This document shows positions 44,830-55,517 of a stretch of 55,517 bases of DNA, piece after piece (the first letter of the stretch is position 1; the number at the start of each line of letters is the position of its first letter). The notes below the pieces were generated by a model that saw only the letters and a program-made list of their open reading frames with translations, searched no databases and was not told where the DNA came from. A program made the translations under genes and the position numbers. The DNA is from Macrostomum lignano (lineage: Eukaryota). Location of the stretch: positions 1 through 55,517 of the forward strand of contig NIVC01003497.1 in the NCBI GenBank assembly GCA_002269645.1, given 5' to 3'.

Positions 44830-46775
44830 CGTTGGCTCACAAGTACTCTCTGACATGCGGATATTGTTGCACTGACATGCGGATATTGTTGCACTGACAT
44901 GCGGATATTGTTGCACTGACATGCGGATACTGTCACACTGACATGCGGATATTGTTGCACTGACATGCGGATATTGTTGCACTGACATGCGGATATTGTT
45001 GCACTGACATGCGGATACTGTCACACTGACATGCGGATATTGTTGCACTGACATGCGGATATTGTTGCACTGACATGCGGATACTGTCACACTGACATGC
45101 GGATATTGTTGCACTGACATGCGGATATTGTTGCACTGACATGCGGATATTGTTGCACTGACATGCGGATACTGTCACACTGACATGCGGATATTGTTGC
45201 ACTGACATGCGGATATTGTTGCACTGACATGCGGATATTGTTGCACTGACATGCGGATATTGTTGCACTGACATGCGGATATTGTTGCACTGACATGCGG
45301 ATACTGTCACACTGACATGCGGATACTGTCGCACTGACATGCGGATATTGTTGCACTGACATGCGGATATTGTTGCACTGACATGCGGATATTGTTGCAC
45401 TGACATGCGGATATTGTTGCACTGACATGCGGATATTGTTGCACTGACATGCGGATATTGTTGCACTGACATGCGGATATTGTTGCACTGACATGCGGAT
45501 ACTGTCACACTGACATGCGGATATTGTTGCACTGACATGCGGATATTGTTGCACTGACATGCGGATACTGTCACACTGACATGCGGATACTGTCGCACTG
45601 ACATGCGGATACTGTCGCTCTGACATGCGGATATTGTTGCACTGACATGCGGATACTGTCGCACTGACATGCGGATACTGTTGCACTGACATGCGGATAC
45701 TGTCACACTGACATGCGGATACTGTCGCACTGACATGCGGATACTGTCGCTCTGACATGCGGATATTGTTGCACTGACATGCGGATACTGTCGCACTGAC
45801 ATGCGGATACTGTTGCACTGACATGCGGATATTGTTGCACTGACATGCGGATATTGTTGCACTGACATGCGGATACTGTCACACTGACATGCGGATACTG
45901 TCGCACTGACATGCGGATACTGTCGCTCTGACATGCGAATACTGTCGCTCTGACATGCGGATATTGTTGCACTGACATGCGGATATTGTTGCACTGACAT
46001 GCGGATATTGTTGCACTGACATGCGGATATTGTTGCACTGACATGCGGATATTGTTGCACTGACATGCGGATATTGTTGCACTGACATGCGGATACTGTC
46101 GCACTGACATGCGGATACTGTTGCACTGACATGCGGATACTGTCACACTGACATGCGGATACTGTCGCACTGACATGCGGATACTGTCGCTCTGACATGC
46201 GGATATTGTTGCACTGACATGCGGATACTGTCGCACTGACATGCGGATATTGTTGCACTGACATGCGGATATTGTTGCACTGACATGCGGATATTGTTGC
46301 ACTGACATGCGGATACTGTCACACTGACATGCGGATACTGTCGCACTGACATGCGGATACTGTCGCTCTGACATGCGAATACTGTCGCTCTGACATGCGG
46401 ATATTGTTGCACTGACATGCGGATACTGTCGCACTGACATGCGGATACTGTTGCACTGACATGCGGATATTGTTGCACTGACATGCGGATATTGTTGCAC
46501 TGACATGCGGATATTGTTTCACTGACATGCGGATACTGTCGCACTGACATGCGGATACTGTCGCACTGACATGCGGATACTGTCGCACTGACATGCGGAT
46601 ATTGTTGCACTAATATGCGGATATTGTTGCACTGACATGCGGATACTGTCGCACTGACATGCGGATTTTGTTGCACTGACATGCGGATATTGTTGTACTG
46701 ACATGCGGATTTTGTTGCACTGACATGCGGATATTGTTGTACTGACATGCGGATATTGTTGCACTGACATGCGGA
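44830..46775. repeat. 22-bp satellite (ACTGACATGCGGATATTGTTGC), about 1.9 kb
   Basis: About 88 tandem units with a few recurrent variants. Confidence 0.97.
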
Positions 46776-47992
46776 TGCCTACACCTTGTGTGCCTCTGCA
46801 ACCTGCAGCCCTGCAGCCAATGGTCAGCGCTGTCGCCCCTGATTGGCCCTGCCGCCCACTCTGCTGTGCACGTCCTGCACGGCCTTGGGCTGCAGCGGTC
46901 CCGGCTGCTCGCACTCAGACCGGGGCAGTCAATTGGATCTGGCCGGGCTCGCTTGGACTTTCAGCAGGAGAAAGAGGAGAGGCCGGACTGGGCGGCGGGG
47001 AGAGAGAGAGTCAAACGGTCGCTGATTCCCGCACGCCCTTCATAAGCGCAATGCTTGAAACTTAGGCGCTGGCCGAAGCCCCCGGAGACAATCCCGAATT
47101 CAAACATTTTCCCGTCGCATTCTCTTCCTTGCCTTGTCAGCGAAGCTTGGCGTCACCGCCCCGGGTGTCGCTTTCACGCCTGGCGGTTTAGAAACTCTCA
47201 GCCTCTACCGACAAGGGCCTGAAGCAGGCGACGGACCCAATTCCCCTCCCCCACACTCTTGGCTCTCTCCTTCAAGTTATTCCTTTCCCGCTTTCTTTTG
47301 TAAGTCCTCTCCCAGCTGACCGCCAAGTCAAGAGAAGAGCTTGCCTAGTTAGGCTAAAGATATTACAGTTAAATGTCCTTCAGTGCGCCAGCAGCAGCCA
47401 CAGCGAGCCAGTTATTGTGCTGCTAGGCGCGCTTCTGTGCCTCAACCTGGACGGATAGTCGTGGCAACTACTCAAAAAGTCAGGGAGGGTGTGACAAGAT
47501 TCCAAGAACAGATCGGTCCTCCCGGATCCTGGCCGCACCTTGCGCTTCTGGCAACCGCTGAAACGTCAGAGGCACTCCAGGATCCTTGAAGAATTCGGTC
47601 CGAGGAAAGTAAAGTAAACTTCATGCCGCCAAGGAAGGTGTAAACCCGCAGGCAGGTAAGACGTGGCATCATTTTCTAGTGGGTCTGGGAAATCAAAAAT
47701 TGCGCTGAAAGAAATGGAAAGTGACGAGAGGCGCGGCTTGCGACTGGCGACCCGGCGAAAGGCAGCTGGAAGAAATTCAGCCAATGTACTTTTTTATAAC
47801 CCGGGCCTGCGACCGGGCACTGCGCACGCCTGCGCATTCCTTTATATCTGCGAGCCCCCGCCTTCGAACTGCCCTCTCTCCTCTCCCCCTCTTGATGAAT
47901 GCACCAATTTCTTACAGGTGAAAGGCAAAGAACTGTCCAGCTGGAAAACTTTCCATGGAAAAGTGGTTTGGCCTAAGCTGAGAGTGCCTGGA

Positions 47993-48640
<648 letters not shown>

Positions 48641-49007
48641 AAATGCTAACAAACCCTGGGAATTCGGAGCCCATACAATAAGCCAGAAGACAATGGTCTG
48701 CACACCTTCAATTCCAATTGAGTGCCCATGGGGCAAACTCTGCCTGAAGTCTCTATCTAGGGATTATTCTTCCCACCGGTACTAAAACCAAAATTTTTAC
48801 ATCCCGGTGTTTGCGTTTCCAGCAGCAGCAGATGCCCGCATGTTTGCCCAGCCATCAATAACTTTCGCTGCCTGCAGGAGGGCCGAGCAGGCAGCTGGGT
48901 GGCCAGCGAACATCGGGCAAATTGGTGAAAAGTCCAACTTTTTTTAAACAAAAGCGAGCTCACAGAGCTGTATGGTGCTGGATTAGTCAGGATTCTGTGT
49001 TAGAGGA

Positions 49008-49342
49008 GAGCTGGAGTGTGTCAGACACAAGTCTGCAGTGTCAGATGAGAGCTGGAGTGTGTCAGACACAAGTCTGCAGTGTCAGATGAGAGCTGGAGTG
49101 TGTCAGACACAAGTCTGCAGTGTCAGATGAGAGCTGGAGTGTGTCAGACACAAGTCTGCAGTGTCAGATGAGAGCTGGAGTGTGTCAGACAGAAGTCTGC
49201 AGTGTCAGATGAGAGCTGGAGTGTGTCAGACACAAATCTGCAGTGTCAGATGAGAGCTGGAGTGTGTCAGGCACAAGTCTGCAGTGTCAGATGAGAGCTG
49301 CAGTGTGTCAGACACAAAAGTGCGAGTCAGATGAGAGCTGGA
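49008..49342. repeat. 41-bp minisatellite (AGAGCTGGAGTGTGTCAGACACAAGTCTGCAGTGTCAGATG)
   Basis: About 8 tandem units. Confidence 0.95.
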
Positions 49343-49639
49343 TCATGACAGCAGTTCTAAATAATATTTAAGCAGATATGGTTTTCCCAACAAGCGCTAA
49401 TCGCGCCTTCTCACACGATTTCAACTGGAAAGCGTTGGGAGAATTTTTCAATTTTTTATTTCACTCCCAACAACTGCATGGCGAACGGTTCTGAAGGGAA
49501 GTGCATGCTACCGAAATTCTGCATTTTCAGCCAGCCAGTGTCAAGTTTCTGCAGTTTCCGGGTGAGAAATCTGCGATTCCGCTGGCCTTGTTGAGCTTGC
49601 CCCCCTCCCCCCCCCCGACAGCCCAACACTGGCGCGTCA

Positions 49640-49668
49640 GTTGCCATGACAGCAGTTGTCATGACACC
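49640..49668. promoter_or_regulatory. Tandem pair of RFX X-box-like motifs
   Basis: GTTGCCATGACAGC (49640-49653) and GTTGTCATGACACC (49655-49668). Confidence 0.4.
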
Positions 49669-49817
49669 TGAGTCGTGGGGCGACCCCTCGTGCCGGCGAG
49701 GGAGTTTTGGAGGCTGAGAAGTTTTCTAAAGCATTTTTAAAGTTATTGTGGATGGGTGCGCGCGAAGTTGATCGGATATCAATTCTTTGTTATCTTTGCT
49801 TTGTTGTTGCTGTTTTT

Positions 49818-50388
49818 TGTAGTGTCTGCCGTAGTGTCTGCCTTAGTGTCTGCCGTAGTGTCTGCCTTAGTGTCTGCCGTAGTGTCTGTCTTAATGTCTG
49901 CCTTTGTGTTTGTCTTAGTGTCTGCCTTTGTGTTTGTCTTAGTGTCTGCCGTAGTGTCTGCCTTAGTGTCTGCCTTAGTGTCTGCCTTAGTATCTGCCTT
50001 AGTGTCTGCCGTAGTGTCTGTCTTAATGTCTGCCTTTGTGTTTGTCTTAGTGTCTGCCTTTGTGTTTGTCTTAGTGTCTGCCGTAGTGTTTGTCATAGTG
50101 TCTGCCGTAGTGTCTGCCTTAGTGTCTGCCTTAGTGTCTTCCTTAGTGTCTGCCTTTGTGTCTGTCTTAGTGTCTGCCTTTGTGTTTGTCTTAGTGTCTG
50201 CCGTAGTGTCTGTCTTAGTGTCTGCCTTGTCTGTCTTAGTGTCTGCCTTAGTGTCTGCCTTTGTGTCTGTCTTAGTGTCTGCCTTTGTGTTTGTCTTAGT
50301 GTCTGCCGTAGTGTCTGTCTTAGTGTCTGCCTTGTCTGTCTTAGTGTCTGCCTTAGTGTCTGCCTTAGTGTCTGCCGTAGTGTCTGCC
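49818..50388. repeat. 12-bp minisatellite (TTAGTGTCTGCC)
   Basis: About 45 variant tandem units. Confidence 0.94.
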
Positions 50389-50549
50389 TGTTTTTCTTAT
50401 TGTCTGTCTGCCGCAATTCCGCTATTCTCCCTATACATTTCAATTAAAAAGCGCTTCATCACTTTCAGTCACTCAGTCGCGCCATTGGCTGGCAAAGCAG
50501 CAGAAGCAGCAGCCGGGCAGCAGCAGAGCTCGGGCCGCCGCAGGGGGGA

Positions 50550-50640
50550 ATGACGTCGGGGTCGTCAGTAGCCGCTGCCCGCTTGATGGCAGCCCTGGTC
50601 ACCATGGCACAGCTGCTGCAGCCGAGCCTGGGATTTGTTG
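50550..50640 (+). CDS. Putative first coding exon (signal-peptide-like) of an unidentified gene
   Basis: MTSGSSVAAARLMAALVTMAQLLQPSLGFV followed by a strong phase-1 donor G|GTGAGT; upstream acceptor ACTTTCAG at ~50468; downstream exons not identified. Confidence 0.35.
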
Positions 50641-50804
50641 GTGAGTTCAGCAGTTGTAGATTAGACAAGCAATCTACGCCCCCGCTGGGGAGCAAACGAA
50701 GAGTGCAATAAAAATTTTTAAACAAACTACACGTAGCTTCTGACCTCAGCCATTATATCTCAGCAAATTCCCCCAAGCCTTGACATCTTAGCAATTCTTG
50801 GCTA

Positions 50805-52015
50805 AATTAGCAATCCATTCTATTCCTGCACCCATGATAGGCTAGATTAGCAATCCATTCTATTCCTGCATCCATGATAGGCTAGATTAGCAATCCATTC
50901 TATTCCTGCATCCATGATTGACTAGATTAGCAATCCATTCTATTCCTGCATCCATGATAGGCTAGATTAGCAATCCATTCTATTCCTGCATCCATGATAG
51001 GCTAGATTAGCAATCCATTCTATTCCTGCATCCATGATTGACTAGATTAGCAATCCATTCTATTCCTGCATCCATGATTGACTAGATTAGCAATCCATTC
51101 TATTCCTGCATCCTTAATAGGCTAGATTAGCAATCCATTCTATTCCTGCATCCATGACTGGCTAGATTAGCAATCCATTCTATTCCTGCATCCATGATTG
51201 GCTAGATTAGCAATCCATTCTATTCCTGCATCCATGACTGGCTAGATTAGCAATCCATTCTATTCCTGCATCCATGATTGGCTAGATTAGCAATCCATTC
51301 TATTCCTGCATCCATGATTGGCTAGATTAGCAATCCATTCTATTCCTGCATCCATGACTGGCTAGATTAGCAATCCATTCTATTCCTGCATCCATGATAG
51401 GCTAGATTAGCAATCCATTATTTTCCTGCATCCATGATTGGCTAGATTAGCAATCCATTCTATTCCTGCATCCATGATAGGCTAGATTAGCAATCCATTC
51501 TATTCCTGCATCCATGATAGGCTAGATTAGCAATCCATTCTATTCCTGCATCCATGATAGGCTAGATTAGCAATCCATTCTATTCCTGCATCCATGATTG
51601 ACTAGATTAGCAATCCATTCTATTCCTGCATCCATGATAGGCTAGATTAGCAATCCATTCTATTCCTGCATCCATGATAGGCTAGATTAGCAATCCATTC
51701 TATTCCTGCATCCATGATAGGCTAGATTAGCAATCCATTCTATTCCTGCATCCATGATTGACTAGATTAGCAATCCATTCTATTCCTGCATCCATGATAG
51801 GCTAGATTAGCAATCCATTCTATTCCTGCATCCATGATTGGCTAGATTAGCAATCCATTCTATTCCTGCATCCATGACTGGCTAGATTAGCAATCCATTC
51901 TATTCCTGCATCCTTAATAGGCTAGATCAGCAATCCATTATTTTCCTGCATCCATGATTGGCTAGATTAGCAATCCATTCTATTCCTACATCCTAAATTG
52001 GATAGATCAGCAATC
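50805..52015. repeat. 40-bp satellite (GCTAGATTAGCAATCCATTCTATTCCTGCATCCATGATAG)
   Basis: About 30 highly similar tandem units. Confidence 0.97.
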
Positions 52016-52839
52016 CTTTTCACTCCTTCATCTATACGTAACTAGCTAGCCTACAGGCCTATAGTGTCTGTCGCAGCCGACTCTCGACCCAGTCTGAGGG
52101 CTGAGCAGTCGAGCAGGAGAGTTAAGGCAGCGCTAATCTTCACTGCCAGGTGACTCATGCCCGAGCCAGCAGCTCAGTGCAGCTCAGGCCCGGAGACCAA
52201 GACAACCACCTTATTCCATTGCCCAGCAGTAACGGCTAATCCCACATAATTGAGCTCTTCCCTGCGTCCAGAGCTCCCAACCCTTATGCTGACCATGCTG
52301 CCTGTAACCGCCAGTTCCCTAAGGCTTTCAGCTACCTTTTGTTCCAGGAGATAATCTCGCCAAGTGCCCCAACTTCCCACCCCCACGGCGCTGAGCAGTC
52401 GCAAGGGAAATGTCTGACTGGCGGGCTGGCCAGGACAGCAGTAGTATATAACTCTCATGCTGCAGTGTCCGCGCACACGCCTCAGCTCACAGTTGAAGGC
52501 TGTGAGAGCCGGTGGGGCGGTCAGGGGCTGTCAAGTCAGCCCGCAGCGCTGCCCCCCCCCCCAGTCCGCATGCCGCCTCCTGTCATTAACTGCAGGCCCC
52601 GCCTTAGTGTTTGCCAGCAGGAACGGTATAATGAGAGTACGGAGCACTGCAGCCCCCTTCCCCATGGGTTTATTGAGCTGGGCTTTGCTTTTCGGTTCAC
52701 TTAGTATGTTTAACGAGCCCACCTGATCGCTGGTGAGAGCTGAGATTCTTGGAGCCTTTGAGATTTAGCTGCGAAGCATCCGCGATTGGCATCAACTGTG
52801 TGAGCTTCAGATCAGGGAAGGTGTCGGCGGAGTGCGAGA

Positions 52840-53627
52840 CTGAGGGTGAGACAGAGAGTGAAACAGAGAGTGAGACAGAGTAAGACTGGGGTGAGACAGA
52901 GAGTGAGACAGAGAGTAGAGTGAGACAGAGAGTAGTGAGACAGAGAGTAGAGTGAGACAGAGAATAGAGTGAGACAGAGAGTAGTGAGACAAGGAGTGAG
53001 ACAGAGAGTAGTGAGACAGAGAGTGAGACAGAGAGTAGTGAGACAAGGAGTGAGACAGAGAGTAGTGAGACAAAGAGTGAGACAGAGAGTACTGAGACAG
53101 AGAGTGAGACAGAGAGTAGTGAGACAGAGAGTAGTGAGACAGAGAGTAGTGAGACAGAGAGTAGTGAGACAGAGAGTAGTGAGACAGAGAGTAGTGAGAC
53201 AGAGAGTAGTGAGACATGGAGTGATACAGAGAGTAGTGAGACAGAGAGTAGTGAGACATGGAGTGAGACAGAGAGTAGTGAGACAGAGAGTAGAGTGAGA
53301 CAGAGAATAGAGTGAGACAGAGAGTAGTGAGACAAGGAGTGAGACAGAGAGTAGTGAGACAGAGAGTGAGACAGAGAGTAGTGAGACAAGGAGTGAGACA
53401 GAGAGTAGTGAGACAAAGAGTGAGACAGAGAGTACTGAGACAGAGAGTGAGACAGAGAGTAGTGAGACAGAGAGTAGTGAGACAGAGAGTAGTGAGACAG
53501 AGAGTAGTGAGACAGAGAGTAGTGAGACAAGGAGTGAGACAGAGAGTAGTGAGACAGAGAGTAGTGAGACATGGAGTGATACAGAGAGTAGTGAGACAGA
53601 GAGTAGTGAGACATGGAGTGAGACAGA
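52840..53627. repeat. ~15-bp minisatellite (GAGACAGAGAGTAGT) with an internal higher-order duplication
   Basis: About 790 bp; the block at 52950-53290 is nearly repeated at 53295-53625. Confidence 0.94.
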
Positions 53628-55501
53628 AACAGGGAGGCGCCCTGCGGCATTCAATCTGGCCAATTTGCGGGATGGCGCCACAGGCGGGAGCGGCTGGCCC
53701 AGCCTGGGAGATCATCATCATCATCCAGCATCCCCAGCCACCGGCGGCAGGCCTGGCTGCGATATAGGCGCGGTGCGGCAGCGCAGGCAAAACATCAGCC
53801 AGCCAGAATTCAATCAATCGATCGGCGCCGATCGTCGGTTGAGCTGAGGACCCCCCCATCCCCATCCCGGCATCCCCATTCCCTCCCCAGCCGAGTCCTC
53901 GCGCGCCGGGCCGGAAAGGGCGGAACGCGAGAGATTCTGGAGCGCTTCATCCTGTGTAGAAGAATCCTTCATCTTGCGGGAGTGTCAGAGATTGCGGTCG
54001 GCAATGCAATTGTCTGTTTTTCTGGCTCAGGCTCAGGAGAGTCGGAGGCTACTCAGGGCCGGCGCAGTTTAGGATAAGAAGAGGGGAAATGGGATTATGT
54101 ATTTGCTTCCCCTGATTGCAGCGAGCGGCGGAGGCGCGGGAACACCGGCAGTGAAAGAAGAGGAGGCGAAGGGGAAGGGAGAGTCTGAGCGGCCACCGCA
54201 TCAGTGCTCGGCTGTTTGCCTGCGCACTTTGCTGCCTGTTCGACTTTCCATTCCTTCGCGGGCAGGCAGTTATCGCTTAAAGCAGCCTCTGAAGCCGGGC
54301 GATCCCCGCCCACGCCTCCAGCGAATTCCGCCGCCAGCTCGCGCGGCTAGGTGGGCCTGGGGACGCATAATCGATGTCCAAGGGCTGTCGGGGCGGGGAG
54401 GCTGAAATATTTATCAATGATCCGGCAGCTGAGCGCGCTCCATCTTGCCAGCGGCTCAGGAGGGCTCACGTGGCTGCGAGTCGCTTTTCCGGCCAGCCGC
54501 CCTCCTTCCCTTCGGCTGCCGCCGCCCTCCACCCGCTCACTGTGCTCAGGGGGGGGGGGGGCACTCGCGGCGCGATGCCCGGATGGACAAAAAATCGAAG
54601 GCAGCACGGCGGGAGGCCTTTAGCGCCCGGTTGCGGCCGGCAGCTGAGCTGCGGAGCTTTTCTATCGTCAGTGGCAGCTTGTTAATCTGCTAATCTACGA
54701 TCCCGCCGATCTACCAACCTGACAATCTACCACTCTACAGACCTAGCAATCTGCCAATCAATTAATCTACTAATCTAAAAGTCTATACAAATCTATAAAT
54801 CTATCAATCTACCAATCTGCCAGTCTACGATCCCGCCGAAAAATTCAACTGCGAGAAGGCAAAGTGAGCCGCCAGTAGAGCGCGACGGGGGTCTAAAAAC
54901 ACCCCTGCCACCCAAGGGGGGGGGGCAGGCGGCGATGTACAATCAACGCGCTGGCACTAAAGCCGGTTTGTGCACTTTCGCCGCACAAACCAGTCCAACC
55001 TGCCAATCTACCGATTTACCAATCTACGAATCTAACAATCTATAAATTTGCCAAACATCCAATCTATAAATTTACCGATCTACCAATCTACCAGTCTACC
55101 TACTAATGTACCAATTTACCTATCTATCAATCTACCGATACTCGTAAAGCCTTGACAAGATTTACAAGCTAAAAAATACAACTACGCATAGGGACTTGAA
55201 ACAGACTTGTCTCTCTCTGGCAAGTGCCGCCGACACTGTGGAGGCCGCGCAGCTCAGAGCTGCCAACACATCACAGCAGGGCTGACCCTGAGCTCAGTTC
55301 AATTGATAATGCAAGCAGCTATTTGCCTTGGTGCTCACTAGTTCTAGCCTAGCTACCAATCGATCTACCTAGCGATAAGCAGACCCGTCAGACAGCATGC
55401 CAATGCACCTATCAATCATTCACCGCACAGACCGCTGCGACCGCGGCGGCGAGATTATCATCTACAGTCCGGCTGTCCGGGCAGGCCGAGACGCGGTCCC
55501 G

Positions 55502-55515
55502 GTTGCTATGGAGAC
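55502..55515. promoter_or_regulatory. RFX X-box-like motif (GTTGCTATGGAGAC) at the window end
   Basis: Matches the X-box consensus; GC-rich promoter-like context. Confidence 0.45.
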
Positions 55516-55517
55516 AC

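Noticed and set aside
44734-46914. Up to 443-aa ORFs with a 22-aa Cys/His repeat (MSVQQYPHVSATISACQCNNIR)
   Set aside because: Product of a 22-bp unit cycling through frames; stops fall at variant units; no unique N- or C-terminus or splice support
52730-53865. Possible minus-strand exons flanking the 15-bp array
   Set aside because: Plausible splice sites, but no recognisable protein or consistent frame; left unannotated

Overview
Eukaryotic (animal) genomic DNA. GC/Ala-rich coding exons and introns swollen by minisatellites suggest a free-living flatworm such as Macrostomum; this is an inference, not a database match. Left third (1-17.6 kb): five genes packed head-to-tail on the minus strand, EMC4 -> DUSP22-like -> WDR74 -> NOP14 -> NEK-family kinase. 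The NOP14 frame opens exactly at a 3' splice acceptor with no ATG of its own, which fits a spliced-leader (SL) supplying the AUG in a candidate operon. Middle (17.8-37.1 kb): a nest of mobile elements. It holds a CpG-depleted AT-rich block, several DNA transposons/MITEs with 8-bp target-site duplications (one only 35 bp long), and an LTR next to an unusually long tRNA-Glu copy followed by small orphan ORFs but no gag/pol. It also holds a 9.8-kb Mutator-like element with a PHD finger, interrupted by an RNase H-bearing LINE. Right part: a complete 12-exon cytoplasmic intermediate filament gene (38.2-43.0 kb), then large tandem repeat arrays, RFX X-box-like motifs and a probable signal-peptide exon. 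Exon boundaries were read by eye, and repeat boundaries and copy numbers are approximate.
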